Notes: generated by a model not told the origin, from the letters alone. Counted from the whole stretch's first letter, positions 43,669-55,240 are shown. The stretch: 63,934 nucleotides of DNA, filler included, from Licmophora abbreviata (GCA_900291995.1; 13 parts of 13 records of this genome joined end to end with filler, not necessarily neighbours in it); one strand, 5' to 3'. A program made the numbers and translations.

Positions 43669-44984
43669 GCCAGGAGCATATTGCCCTTTTCATGTTCGCA
43701 TCCATGATGCTGATGCTCTTCACCGGGCAGCGCGTGTTCGGGGCCATTGGCGCTATCGCGGCCATTGCCGCGTTGGCGCTGTGGGGGACGGGTGGGCAGG
43801 ACATCCCGTTCTCGGCGGCGATGAAGCTGATGAAATGGTATCCGCTGCTGACGCTGCCGATGTTCATTTTCATGGGTTATGTGCTGTCGGAAAGCCGATT
43901 GGCTGATGACTTGTACCGGATGTTTCATGTCTGGTTCGGCAATGTCAGTGGCGGGCTGGCGATAGGTACGATCGGGCTGATGGTGCTGATTTCGGCGATG
44001 AACGGCCTGTCGGTGGCAGGTATGGCGATCGGGGCCACCATCGCGCTGCCGGAACTTCTCAAGCGCGGCTATGACAAGAAGATGGTCACCGGCGTCATTC
44101 AGGCGGGATCGTCGCTTGGGATCCTGGTGCCGCCGTCGGTGGTGCTGGTGCTTTATGCGATGATTGCGCGTCAGCCTGTCGGGCAGTTGTGGCTGGCTGG
44201 CATTCTGCCGGGTCTGATGATGGCGGCCTTGTTCATCCTCTATATCTGGCTGCGTTGTCGGGTGAACCCCGCACTTGGGCCGGTCGCCGATGATCTGGCC
44301 GGTGTCAGCCGGGCCGAGAAGATCAGGCTGCTTGGGGCCGGGGTTCTGCCGCTGCTGATCTTCGCGTCGATGATGGTGCCTTTCGTCAATGGGTGGACCT
44401 CCCTTGTGGAAAGCTCGGCGATCGGCGCGCTTGCGGCACTTGCGGCGTCCATCGTGAAGCGGCGGATGACCTGGCAGATATTTCACATCTGTACGAAACA
44501 GACGCTTGCCATTTCATGCATGTTCATGTGGATCATTCTGGCGGCTCTCGGCTTTGGTGCGGTGTTCGATGGGCTTGGCGCGGTGAGGTCGATCGACGCC
44601 TTGTTTACCGAACAGCTGGGGCTTAACCCTTGGGTCATTCTGATCCTGATGCAGCTGTCGTTCATCGTGATGGGCACGTTTCTGGATGACACAGCCATGC
44701 TTGTGATCGTCGCGCCGCTTTACGTGCCTCTGGTGGGCGAATTGGGCTTCGATCTCATCTGGTACGGCGTGCTTTATACGATCACCACGCAAATCGCCTA
44801 TATGACGCCTCCATTCGGCTATAACCTGTTTCTGATGAAGGCGATGGCGCCGCCGGAAATCGGGTTGAGGGATATCTACACATCAATTGTCCCTTTCGTG
44901 GGGCTGATGATCCTGTCTCTGGCGATGATCATGATGTTCCCGCAGATCGCATTGTGGCTGCCGGAATATGTTTACGGAAAATAA
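43665..44984 (+). CDS. dctM: TRAP transporter large permease
   Basis: LPMFIFMG, GGLAIG, LGILVPPS and YMTPPFGYNLF. Confidence 0.95.
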   Translation: MSQEHIALFMFASMMLMLFTGQRVFGAIGAIAAIAALALWGTGGQDIPFSAAMKLMKWYPLLTLPMFIFMGYVLSESRLADDLYRMFHVWFGNVSGGLAIGTIGLMVLISAMNGLSVAGMAIGATIALPELLKRGYDKKMVTGVIQAGSSLGILVPPSVVLVLYAMIARQPVGQLWLAGILPGLMMAALFILYIWLRCRVNPALGPVADDLAGVSRAEKIRLLGAGVLPLLIFASMMVPFVNGWTSLVESSAIGALAALAASIVKRRMTWQIFHICTKQTLAISCMFMWIILAALGFGAVFDGLGAVRSIDALFTEQLGLNPWVILILMQLSFIVMGTFLDDTAMLVIVAPLYVPLVGELGFDLIWYGVLYTITTQIAYMTPPFGYNLFLMKAMAPPEIGLRDIYTSIVPFVGLMILSLAMIMMFPQIALWLPEYVYGK

Positions 44985-45031
44985 CAAGAAGGCCGAAAGG
45001 CACGCAAAACCAGCACCTTATGGAGGTTGAT

Positions 45032-46072
45032 ATGACGAATACCACAAGACGGAAGTTTCTTTCGACGGCGGCTGTCGGTGCGGCGGCGGCTCCGCTTGCG
45101 GCGCCCGCTCTGGCGCAAAGCACGATCACCTGGCGGATGCAGACCTATGCCGGTCCGGCACTGGCGGCGCATGTGATCGATCCCGCGATCGAGATGTTCA
45201 ACAAGATCGCCGGCGACCGGATGCAGATCGAACTTTTCTATGCAGATCAGTTGGTTCCGACCGGAGAATTGTTCCGGGCCATGCAAAGAGGGACGATCGA
45301 TGCGGTGCAGTCTGATGATGACTCGATGGCATCGCCGACGGATGTGACCGTTTTCGGCGGGTATTTCCCCTTTGCATCGCGCTATTCGCTGGATGTTCCG
45401 GTGCTGTTCAATCAGTACGGATTGAACGAAATCTGGGATGAACAGTACAGCGCCGTGGGGGTCAAGCACATCTCGGCGGGCGCATGGGATCCCTGCCATT
45501 TCGCGACGAAGGATCCGATCCGCAGCCTCGAGGACCTCAAGGGCAAGCGTGTCTTCACGTTCCCGACTGCCGGTCGCTTCCTGAGCCAGTTCGGCGTCGT
45601 GCCGGTGACCCTTCCGTGGGAAGATATCGAGGTTGCCGTGCAGACTGGTGAGCTGGATGGTATCGCCTGGTCCGGGATCACCGAGTGCTACACTGTCGGT
45701 TGGGCGGATGTGACCAACTATTTCCTCACGAACAACATCTCGGGGGCATGGGCGGGATCGTTCTTTGCTAATATGGATCGCTGGAACGAACTGCCCGAAG
45801 ATTTGCAGACGTTGTTCCGGGTCTGCTGTGAGCAGTCGCATTACTATCGCCAGTGGTGGTATTGGGGCGGTGAGGCGAACCTGCGGGTCAATGGAACCAA
45901 AATGGAACTGACCTCGGTTCCGGACGCAGAATGGGCACAGGTCGAGAACGCGGCTGTCGCGTTCTGGGATGAAGTGGCCGCCGAAGGCGAGGTGCAGGCG
46001 AAGGTCGTCGAGATCTTGCGCAAGTACAATACCGACATGCAAAAGGCCGGGCGCCCCTATCGCTACGGATAA
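45032..46072 (+). CDS. dctP: TRAP solute-binding protein with Tat signal (ethanolamine-binding clade candidate)
   Basis: TRRKFL twin-arginine signal, APALAQ cleavage site, WRMQT and DLKGKR; GGAGG RBS. Confidence 0.92.
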   Translation: MTNTTRRKFLSTAAVGAAAAPLAAPALAQSTITWRMQTYAGPALAAHVIDPAIEMFNKIAGDRMQIELFYADQLVPTGELFRAMQRGTIDAVQSDDDSMASPTDVTVFGGYFPFASRYSLDVPVLFNQYGLNEIWDEQYSAVGVKHISAGAWDPCHFATKDPIRSLEDLKGKRVFTFPTAGRFLSQFGVVPVTLPWEDIEVAVQTGELDGIAWSGITECYTVGWADVTNYFLTNNISGAWAGSFFANMDRWNELPEDLQTLFRVCCEQSHYYRQWWYWGGEANLRVNGTKMELTSVPDAEWAQVENAAVAFWDEVAAEGEVQAKVVEILRKYNTDMQKAGRPYRYG

Positions 46073-46087
46073 CCCAAGGCTCAATTT

Positions 46088-46116
46088 AGCGGGTGGGGTA
46101 TTGCACCCCGCCCGCT
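46088..46116 (+). other. Intercistronic GC stem-loop after dctP
   Basis: AGCGGGTGGGGT-ATTGC-ACCCCGCCCGCT with no U tract. Confidence 0.7.
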
Positions 46117-46136
46117 CCTATAGCATCGAACAGATC

Positions 46137-47536
46137 ATGACATTCGAAGACCTCAAGACTGAAATCGCCGCAGCCCGTATCGACACGGTGCTGGTTTGCA
46201 TGGTCGACATGCAGGGCCGGTTGCTGGGCAAACGCTTTCACGCCGAAGCCTTTCTGGAAATGGCCGAGCACGAGACCCATTGCTGCAATTACCTGTTGGC
46301 CACCGATCTGGCGATGTCGACGCCCGAAGGCTTTGCCGCGACCAGCTGGCAGAGCGGCTATGGCGATTATGTGATGAAGCCCGACCTGAGCACGCTGCGC
46401 CCTGTTCCCTGGCTTGAAGGAACGGCCATGTGCCTGTGCGATGTGCTGGATCATCACACCCATGAGCCGGTGCCGCATTCCCCGCGCGAGATGCTCAAGC
46501 GGCAGGTGGCACGCGCCAAGGCGATGGGCTTTGACGCGATCATGGCGACCGAGCTGGAGTTTTTTCTGTTTCAGGGAACCCATGACGAGATCGCGCGCAA
46601 TNNNNNNNNNNNNNNNNNNNNNNNNNNNNNNNNNNNNNNNNNNNNTTAATTAATTAANNNNNNNNNNNNNNNNNNNNNNNNNNNNNNNNNNNNNNNNNNN
46701 NCCAGACCACCAAGGAAGAGCCGATCATGCGCCCGATCCGCAACCATCTGCGGTCCATGGGCATTCCGGTGGAAGGATCGAAGGGCGAGGCCGAGGCCGG
46801 TCAGGAAGAGCTGAACATCAAATATGCCGATGCCTTGGCGACCGCCGATCACCACACGATCGCCAAGCACGGGATCAAGGAAATCGCGCATCTGAACGGG
46901 GCGGCGGCATCGTTTCTGGCGAAATGGCATCATCAACGCGTGGGCAGCGCCGCGCATGTCCATCAATCGCTTTGGACGGCAGAGGGCAATGCCTTTTTCG
47001 ATGCGGACCGTCCATTGGCCAAGTCCGACGTGATGGGTCACTACATGGCGGGGCTGTTGAAATACGCCGCCGATTACACGTATTTCATGGCGCCCTACAT
47101 CAACAGCTACAAGCGCTTTGCCAAGGGCACCTTTGCGCCCACGCAAATCGTCTGGTCGGTGGACAACCGCACGGCGGCGTTCCGTCTGTGTGGCGACGGC
47201 ACCAAGGCGGTGCGCATCGAATGCCGGGTGCCGGGGGCGGATATGAACCCCTATCTGGCACAGGCTGCGATGCTGGCCGCGGGGCTCAAGGGCATCGAGG
47301 ACAAGTTGCCATTGCCCGAACCGTTCAGGGGTGATGCCTATGCCGATGGTGTGGCGAGCTATATTCCCGGAACGCTGCGCGATGCCTGCGAGGCGCTGAC
47401 CGGGTCCGAGATGCTGAGAGAGGCGTTCGGAGACGACGTCATTACGCATTACGCGCGCGCGGCCACATTGGAAATCGAGGACTTCAACCGCGTGGTCACC
47501 GACTACGAAATCGCCAGAGGGCTGGAAAAAGCATGA
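46137..47536 (+). CDS. Glutamine-synthetase-like gamma-glutamyl ligase (spans the gap at 46602-46701)
   Basis: DMQGRLLGKR, ATELEFFLF, EAEAGQEE, GSAAHVH, NSYKRF, DNRTAAFR and RIECRVPGADMNPY. Confidence 0.93.
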
Positions 47537-48975
47537 CTTTGTTGCGCTGTATCTCACCGATCGACGGATCGGTTTTTGCCGAACGCGAGACCCTGTCACC
47601 GGAAGCGGCGCGCAGCGCCATCGACCGTGTGCGCGCCGCACAGGCGCAGTGGGCCGCGCGGCCCCTGCAGGACAGGATCGACCTTGTGATGGCCGGTGTG
47701 GCCGCCGTGGGGGCCATGACCGACGAGATCGTGCCGGAACTTGCGCACATGATGGGCCGCCCGATCCGCTATGGAGGGGAATTCGGCGGCTTCAATGAGC
47801 GCGCGTCCTATATGGCCGAGATCGCGAAAGACGCGCTGGCCGATATCGCGGTCGGGGAGGATGCGAGTTTCAAGCGCTATATCAAGCGCGTGCCACATGG
47901 CGTGGTGCTGGTGGTGGCGCCGTGGAACTATCCTTATATGACGGCGATCAATACCGTCGCTCCGGCGCTGATTGCGGGAAACACCGTTGTGCTGAAGCAC
48001 GCGACCCAGACGCTGCTTGTGGGCGAGCGGATGGCACAGGCTTTCCATTCGGCAGGCGTGCCCGAGGACGCGTTCATGAACGTGTTCCTTGATCACCAGA
48101 CCACGTCGGGGCTGATTGCGCAGAATGCCTTTGATTTCGTGAACTTCACCGGGCCTGTTGCGGGCGGCGCCGAGATGGAGCGCGCGGCGGCTGGTACGTT
48201 CACCGGGGTNNNNNNNNNNNNNNNNNNNNNNNNNNNNNNNNNNNNNNNNNNNNTTAATTAATTAANNNNNNNNNNNNNNNNNNNNNNNNNNNNNNNNNNN
48301 NNNNNNNNNATGGAGGATGCCGATCTGGATGCGGCGGTAGAGACGCTGATCGACGGGGCGATGTTCAATTCGGGGCAATGCTGCTGCGGGATCGAGCGGA
48401 TCTATGTTCACGAAAGCCTGTATGATGCCTTTGTGGAGAAGGCGGTGGGGATCGTGAAGGGCTACAAGCTGGGCAATCCGCTTGACCCCGAGACCACCCT
48501 TGGGCCGATGGCCAATATCCGCTTTGCCGCCGAGGTGCGCGCGCAGATCGCCGAGGCGGTGGCCATAGGCGCGACCGCGCATATCGAGACCTTTGCGGAG
48601 GATGATGGCGCGGCGTATCTGACGCCGCAGATCCTGACCGGTGTCACGCATGAGATGCGGGTGATGCGCGACGAAAGCTTCGGACCTGTCGTGGGGATCA
48701 TGAAAGTGTCCTCCGATGAGGAGGCGATCGCGCTGATGAACGACAGCGAATTCGGCCTGACGGCCAGCCTCTGGACCGCTGATGTGGCGCGGGCGGAGCG
48801 CGTCGGCGACCGGATCGAAACAGGCACGGTTTTCATGAACCGGGCCGATTACCTTGACCCGGGCCTGTGCTGGACCGGATGCAAGAACACGGGCCGGGGG
48901 GGCGGTTTGTCCGTCATCGGCTATCACAACCTGACCCGACCGAAATCCTATCATCTCAAGAAGGTGACGACATGA
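47533..48975 (+). CDS. Aldehyde dehydrogenase (spans the gap at 48210-48309)
   Basis: APWNYP, FNSGQCC, ESFGPV and FGLTAS. Confidence 0.95.
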
Positions 48976-50118
48976 GCCCCTCTGCAAACTGGTCTTACCC
49001 CACCGCAATCCGCTTTGGCGCGGGCCGTATCAAGGAACTGGCCGAGGCCTGCAAGGCCGCCGGCATCCAGCGCCCGCTGCTGGTGACCGACCGAGGGCTG
49101 GCGGCGCTGCCTGTCACGCAGACGGCCCTTGATGTGCTGGAAGCGGCGGGCATGGGCCGCGCGCTTTTCGCGGACGTGGACCCGAACCCGAATGAGATCA
49201 ATCTGGCCGCCGGTGTCGCCGCCTTCCGTGAGGGCGGGCATGACGGGGTTGTGGCCTTTGGCGGCGGCTCGGGGCTGGACCTTGGCAAGATGGTGGCCTT
49301 CATGGCGGGCCAGACGCGCCCTCTTTGGGATTTCGAGGATATCGGCGATTGGTGGACGCGCGCGGATGCCGATGCGATCTATCCCAATGTGGCGGTGCCC
49401 ACGACGGCCGGCACCGGCTCGGAGGTGGGGCGCGCCAGCGTCGTGACCAATTCGCAGACGCAGGAAAAGAAAATCATCTTCCATCCCAGGGTGCTGCCGT
49501 CGGTGGTGATTGCCGACCCTGAGCTGACCGTGGGCATGCCGGCCTTTGTTACCGCGGGCACCGGGCTTGATGCGTTCGCCCATTGCGTCGAGGCGTTCTC
49601 GAGCCCGCATTACCACCNNNNNNNNNNNNNNNNNNNNNNNNNNNNNNNNNNNNNNNNNNNNTTAATTAATTAANNNNNNNNNNNNNNNNNNNNNNNNNNN
49701 NNNNNNNNNNNNNNNNNTGATGTCAGCGGCGATGATGGGGGCGACGGCGTTCCAGAAGGGGCTGGTGGCTATTCACGCGCTCAGCCATCCGATCGGGGCG
49801 ATGCATCATACGCATCACGGCACCACGAACGCGGTCTGCATGCCTGCCGTGCTGCGCCTGAATGCCCCGGCGATCCGCGACCGGTTCGATGCGGTTGCGG
49901 GGTATCTGGGTGTTGATGGCGGGTTCGAAGGGTTTTGCGCCTTCGTGGACGGTTTCAACGAGGGGTTCGGCATCCCGAGGCATCTGTCGGGACTGGGCGT
50001 CAGCGATCCGGATATCGACCGGCTGGTCAAGGGTGCGCTGAGCGATCCGAGTTGCGGCGGCAATCCGGTGCCACTGAACGAAGAGAACACGCGGGCCTTG
50101 TTCGAAGCGGTGCTCTGA
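48972..50118 (+). CDS. Iron-containing alcohol dehydrogenase (spans the gap at 49618-49717)
   Basis: FGGGSGLD, VPTTAGTGSE, GLDAFAH and HALSH..HHG. Confidence 0.95.
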
Positions 50119-50146
50119 CACAGCATCAGATGTCGGGAGAACGATG

Positions 50147-50171
50147 CGGGCGCGTTCAAGCGCCCGTTTTC
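50147..50171 (+). terminator. Rho-independent terminator of the catabolic operon
   Basis: CGGGCGC-GTTCAA-GCGCCCG-TTTT. Confidence 0.7.
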
Positions 50172-50344
50172 TATTGCGCGATGCGATCCCTGAGCGGCGA
50201 CCGTGATGCTTCTATGGGCGGTTTAAGACCCGCTGCGAAATATAATTGCAGAAAAATGGCAAAAATATTTCATTAACTATTGTTAACCATTTTCGACGGC
50301 GTATCTCTGCACCTCTTATGTAACGAGTGAAGTGGAGTTTAACT

Positions 50345-50833
50345 GTGAGACTAGGTACTACTTTGATCCAAACGTCAGTTTTCGCACTGCTGGCGTCGAC
50401 CGCGATTGCGAATGGCCCTGATGAAGTCCCTGACGACGTGATCGCGGCACAACGTGCTGTGTTGGCAGAAACCACGGCGAATGTCGGCTTTGGGCCGCAA
50501 GCCCCGCGCGACCTGCGCACGCTTGAGGGTGAAAACCTGAGGGTTTTTTCGAAGGCACCTGCTCATACACAGATGAACCTGTGCAACATCCATTTCCATG
50601 AAGGCGCTGAACATGCTGGCGGTGAGTTCACCACATTTCTGGGCAATGGCGATGGCGAAGGCTTTGGCACCGGATTTGGCTATGATGGAGAACTGAGCGA
50701 GGCGGAGCTGCGCCCGATCGATGCGCCGATTGGCAAAGGCGAAAAGGGCCTTCTGTCGCCCGGCGACACGATCGAGGTGCACTATGTCCATACCACCGCG
50801 CAGATCGAGCCGGGCCCGACGCTTGGCGCCTGT
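50345..50833 (+). CDS. Secreted delta-class carbonic anhydrase (TWCA1-like), truncated by the gap
   Basis: GGAG RBS + GTG start, signal peptide, GPQAPRD, MNLCNIHFHEGAEH and GDTIEVHYVHTT..PGPTLGAC. Confidence 0.8.
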
Positions 50834-50933
50834 NNNNNNNNNNNNNNNNNNNNNNNNNNNNNNNNNNNNNNNNNNNNTTAATTAATTAANNNNNNNNNNN
50901 NNNNNNNNNNNNNNNNNNNNNNNNNNNNNNNNN

Positions 50934-51638
50934 TGCGCGGCCGGGATCGCCATGGGTTTCGAGTGTCGGCAGGGTTCTCAGGTCCGGGTAATTGCGATGG
51001 ATCACCGCATCGAAACCCAACCGGCGCTCCAGGCTGTCGCGCGATTGGGTCGTTTCGGTGAGCACGATGATCGATCCCTGCACAGGTCCCAGAAAGCGCG
51101 CGAGAAGCCGGCCGGCCGTGGCGCCCGCAGCGCGGTTGTCGATGCCCATGAAGTCCCCTGTGCCGTAGGAGTGCTGGTTGGCAACGAAAGGCAGGGTCCT
51201 TATTCCGCGTTCGCGCATCCGCAACAGGGCATCGCGGATCTGTGGCGTTTCGGGCGCCATGATCGCGATCCCGTCGATATCGTCCAGCGACAGTCGCGAC
51301 AGGACGTGCGCGGCCTTGTGCGGGTCACGATCATCGAGGCGGATGACCTTTGCCTCGATCATCTCGGCGCGGCCTGCGGTGTCGAATTCCCGGATCCGGT
51401 CTATGATTTCGTCGAGAAATTCATCGCCGGAACGGGGCAGGGCAAAAGCGAACCTGTAGCCTTTTTGCCGAGCCAAGGTGGCGGCGACCTGATTGCGCTG
51501 AAAGCCCAGCCGTTCAATCGCGTCATTGACGGCTTCGACCGTCTTTTGCCGAACGCCTGCACGGCCGTTGAGCACCCGATCCACTGTGGCGAGGCTGACG
51601 CCAGCCGCTTTTGCAAGATCTTTCGTGGTCGGGCGCAT
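50934..51638 (-). CDS. LacI-family transcriptional regulator, truncated by the gap
   Basis: MRPTTKDLAKAAGVSLATVDRVLNGR and GIDNRAAGATAG. Confidence 0.93.
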
Positions 51639-51711
51639 TGGGGCGAATATCCGTGTTTCCAGAGGTTTATGCAAGATTATCGCCCAGAATTTCGGCAAGG
51701 GCAATCATATT

Positions 51712-51760
51712 TGAGGTGCGTACCTCAGAAATACCTTGAAATGAGGTGCGCACCTCATTT
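51712..51760. promoter_or_regulatory. Two LacI-type operators
   Basis: TGAGGTGCGTACCTCA (51712-51727) and the perfect palindrome AAATGAGGTGCGCACCTCATTT (51739-51760), both CG-centred. Confidence 0.85.
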
Positions 51761-51823
51761 ACCACTTCGGGCAGTCGAGTCGCGGCAGGAGGGCCGTGAT
51801 GGACCAAATGGGAGGATTTCCGA

Positions 51824-53146
51824 ATGAAGACCAAACATCTGATGTCGGCTGCCGTTTCTGCGCTGATCGCAGGCGGTGCCGCCACATCCGCGACCGCCGA
51901 AGATCTGACGCTTTGCTGGGCCGCGTGGGATCCCGCGAATGCGCTTGTCGAACTGTCCAAGGATTTCGAGGCGCAGTCTGGCCACACGATGAACTTCGAG
52001 TTCGTGCCATGGACCTCGTTTGCCGACCGCATGCTGAACGAGCTGAATTCTGGTGGTCAGCTTTGTGACCTGATGATCGGCGACAGCCAATGGATCGGTG
52101 GTGGTGCCGAGAATGGCCACTACGTCAAGCTGAACGACTTTTTCGATGCCAATAACATCGACATGGCGGATTTCATTCCCGCGACCGTGACCGGTTATGC
52201 GGAATGGCCCAAAAACACCCCCAATTACTACGCGCTGCCGGCCTTTGGTGACGTGGTTGGCTGGACCTATCGCAAGGATTGGTTCGAGCGCCCCGAGATC
52301 GCGGCCGAATTCAAGGAAAAATACGGTCGTGACCTTGGCGTTCCGGCCACTCTGGAAGAGTTGAAGGATATCGCCCAGTTCTTCCAGGGCCGCGAGGTCG
52401 ATGGCACGACCGTCTATGGCGCGGCGATCTATACCGAGCGCGGATCTGAAGGGATCACCATGGGCGTGACCAATGCGCTCTATAACTATGGGTTCCTCTA
52501 CGAGAACCCCGAAAAGCCCTATGATCTGGAAGGTTTTGTGAATTCCGAGGGCGCTATTGCGGGCCTCGAATTCTACAAGGAGCTTTACGACACGGCGACG
52601 CCTCCGGGGTCGTCCAACTGGTATATGGGCGAGAATATCGACGCCTATAGATCCGGGCAGGTGGCGCTACAGATGAACTTTGCCTTCATCTGGCCGGGCG
52701 TCGAGGCCGATCCGAATGTCGGCGGTGGCAAGTCCGGTTATTTCCCCAACCCGGCCGGTCCGGCGGGCCAGTTTGCCCAGCTGGGCGGTCAGGGGATCTC
52801 GGTTGTGGCCTATTCCGACAAGCAGGATGCCGCGCTTGAGTATATCAAGTGGTTTGCCCAACCCGAGGTTCAGGCCCGCTGGTGGGAGCTGGGTGGATAT
52901 TCGGCCCTGCGCGCTGTGGTGGAAGATCCGGGCTTTGCCGCAAGCCAGCCTTATGCGCAGACCTTCCTCGACAGCATGGCCATCGTGAAGGACTTCTGGG
53001 CCGAACCTGCCTATGCCGACCTGTTGCTGCCCATGCAGGAGCGCATCCACAACTACGTGATCGCAGGCGAAGGCACGGCGCAAGAAGCGCTGGACGGTCT
53101 GGTGCGTGACTGGATCGAAGTCTTCGAGGACGAAGGCAAGCTGTAA
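51824..53146 (+). CDS. CUT1 sugar/polyol ABC transporter solute-binding protein
   Basis: Signal peptide, YYALP..YRKDWF and AQLGGQGISV; GGAGG RBS. Confidence 0.92.
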   Translation: MKTKHLMSAAVSALIAGGAATSATAEDLTLCWAAWDPANALVELSKDFEAQSGHTMNFEFVPWTSFADRMLNELNSGGQLCDLMIGDSQWIGGGAENGHYVKLNDFFDANNIDMADFIPATVTGYAEWPKNTPNYYALPAFGDVVGWTYRKDWFERPEIAAEFKEKYGRDLGVPATLEELKDIAQFFQGREVDGTTVYGAAIYTERGSEGITMGVTNALYNYGFLYENPEKPYDLEGFVNSEGAIAGLEFYKELYDTATPPGSSNWYMGENIDAYRSGQVALQMNFAFIWPGVEADPNVGGGKSGYFPNPAGPAGQFAQLGGQGISVVAYSDKQDAALEYIKWFAQPEVQARWWELGGYSALRAVVEDPGFAASQPYAQTFLDSMAIVKDFWAEPAYADLLLPMQERIHNYVIAGEGTAQEALDGLVRDWIEVFEDEGKL

Positions 53147-53268
53147 GGCTGATGCCTGTCGGCGCCTTGGCGCGCTGACATTCCCCGGCCGCCCGCAGCG
53201 GGTGGCCGGGACATCTTTCCGCATCAAGCAAGACGCGCAGATCTGCTGTGGGTCATGGGGCAAGACCA

Positions 53269-54305
53269 ATGACAGACACACCCATCGACAAGGCCGCGCA
53301 AGCCACGCCCGAGCCACTGGCACGCCGCATTCGCGGCTTGTCGGATCGCAGCATTGCCTGGATCTTCGTGGCGCCGACGATCTTTCTGCTGCTGGCCGTC
53401 AATATCTTTCCCCTGATCTGGACGATCCGCCTGAGCTTTACCGATTACCGCGTGAACCGGCCAAACCGCGAGGTGGAGTGGGTCGGGCTGCGCAATTACG
53501 AACGTATTCTGACGGACCCGGATGTCTGGGCGACGATGCAGGCGACCGCGCATTTTCTGATATGGACCATCGTTCTGCAGGTTCTGATCGGCTTTGCGCT
53601 GGCGTATCTCATCAACAAGAAATTCCGGGGAAACGATCTGTGGACCACGATCATCGTCTTCCCGATGATGCTGTCGCCCGCCGTTGTGGGGAATTTCTGG
53701 ACGTTCCTCTATCAGCCGCAGATCGGCTTGTTCAATTACGTGATCGCTTTCTTCACCGGCGCTGATCCGGCCAGTTTCTCGATGATCGGGGATGTGCATC
53801 TGGCGCCTTGGGCCATCGTGATCGCCGATACCTGGATGTGGACGCCCTTTGTCATGCTGATCTGTCTGGCGGGTCTGCGGTCGATTCCCGATAGCATATA
53901 TGAGGCGGCTGAATGCGACCGCGCCAGCAAGTGGCGGCAGTTCTGGACGATCACGGTGCCGATGGTGCTGCCGTTCCTGATGTTGGCGGTCCTGTTCCGG
54001 GGGATCGAGAATTTCAAGATGTTCGATCTGGTGGTCCAGCTGACGGGCGGCGGACCGGGCAACACGACGACGCTGACCTCGATCGACCTCAAGCGCGAAG
54101 CGTTCGAGAAGTGGCGCACGGGCTACTCATCGGCCTATGCGGTGATCCTGTTCGTTANNNNNNNNNNNNNNNNNNNNNNNNNNNNNNNNNNNNNNNNNNN
54201 NTTAATTAATTAANNNNNNNNNNNNNNNNNNNNNNNNNNNNNNNNNNNNNNNNNNNNCTTGCCTCGATCTATGTGAAAGCGCTGAACAAGGTGAAAGAAC
54301 GATGA
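53269..54305 (+). CDS. Sugar ABC permease (spans the gap at 54158-54257)
   Basis: WVGLRNY and the EAA loop IYEAAECDRAS.WRQF. Confidence 0.92.
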
Positions 54306-55240
54306 GCTTTTCGGTCACAGAAGCGTCCGGGCGGACCAAATGGATCGCGGGCATCCTTGTCGTGGGCTATGCGCTGATCACCATTGCGCCGCTCGTGTGG
54401 ATCATTGCCACCGGTTTCAAGAGCGGCCCCGATTCCATCGCCTATCCGCCCAAAGTGGTGTTCGAGCCGTCGCTGGAGGGGTATGTGAACCTCTTTACCG
54501 ACCGGACCCGCGCCACCGAGGACATGCTGGAGGAAGCGGGCCCGCCGGAGACATGGTATGATCAGATCGCACGCGATCAGGGCACGGTCATCACCGGCCC
54601 GTCACGCTATGGCGAACGATTCCTGAATTCGGTGATCATCGGTTTTGGCTCAACCGCGCTGTGCATGCTGCTCGGGACAGCGGCGGCCTATGCGTTCAGC
54701 CGGTTTCGTGTGCCGCTCAAGGATGATCTGATGTTCTTCATCCTGAGCACGCGGATGATGCCGCCGATTGCCGTGGCGATCCCCATATTCCTGATGTTCC
54801 GGCAATTGGGGCTGAATGACACGCATCTGGGCATGATCCTGCTTTACACGGCGGTCAACCTGTCGCTGTCGGTCTGGCTGCTCAAGGGCTTTATCGACGA
54901 GATCCCGGTCGAATACGAAGAGGCGGCTTTGATCGACGGCTACACCCGGTTTCAGGCGTTCTACAAGGTCGTGCTGCCGCAGGCGGCCACGGGCATCGCC
55001 TCGACCGCGATCTTTTGCCTGATCTTTGCCTGGAACGAATACGCCTTCGCGGTGCTGCTCACGTCCGGGACCGCCCAGACCGCGCCGCCCTTCATTCCGA
55101 CGATCATCGGCACATCGGGCAAGGACTGGCCCGCCGTCGCCGCCGGAGCGACGATATTCCTCGTGCCGGTGATGGTCTTCACAATCCTGTTGCGTAAGCA
55201 CCTGCTGCGCGGGATCACATTCGGAGCGGTGCGCAAATGA
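54302..55240 (+). CDS. Sugar ABC permease
   Basis: EEAALIDG and FAWNEY. Confidence 0.95.
   Translation: MSFSVTEASGRTKWIAGILVVGYALITIAPLVWIIATGFKSGPDSIAYPPKVVFEPSLEGYVNLFTDRTRATEDMLEEAGPPETWYDQIARDQGTVITGPSRYGERFLNSVIIGFGSTALCMLLGTAAAYAFSRFRVPLKDDLMFFILSTRMMPPIAVAIPIFLMFRQLGLNDTHLGMILLYTAVNLSLSVWLLKGFIDEIPVEYEEAALIDGYTRFQAFYKVVLPQAATGIASTAIFCLIFAWNEYAFAVLLTSGTAQTAPPFIPTIIGTSGKDWPAVAAGATIFLVPVMVFTILLRKHLLRGITFGAVRK

Noticed and set aside
46137..47536. Housekeeping glutamine synthetase glnA
   Set aside because: The sequence is of the gamma-glutamyl-amine ligase type and lies inside a catabolic operon.
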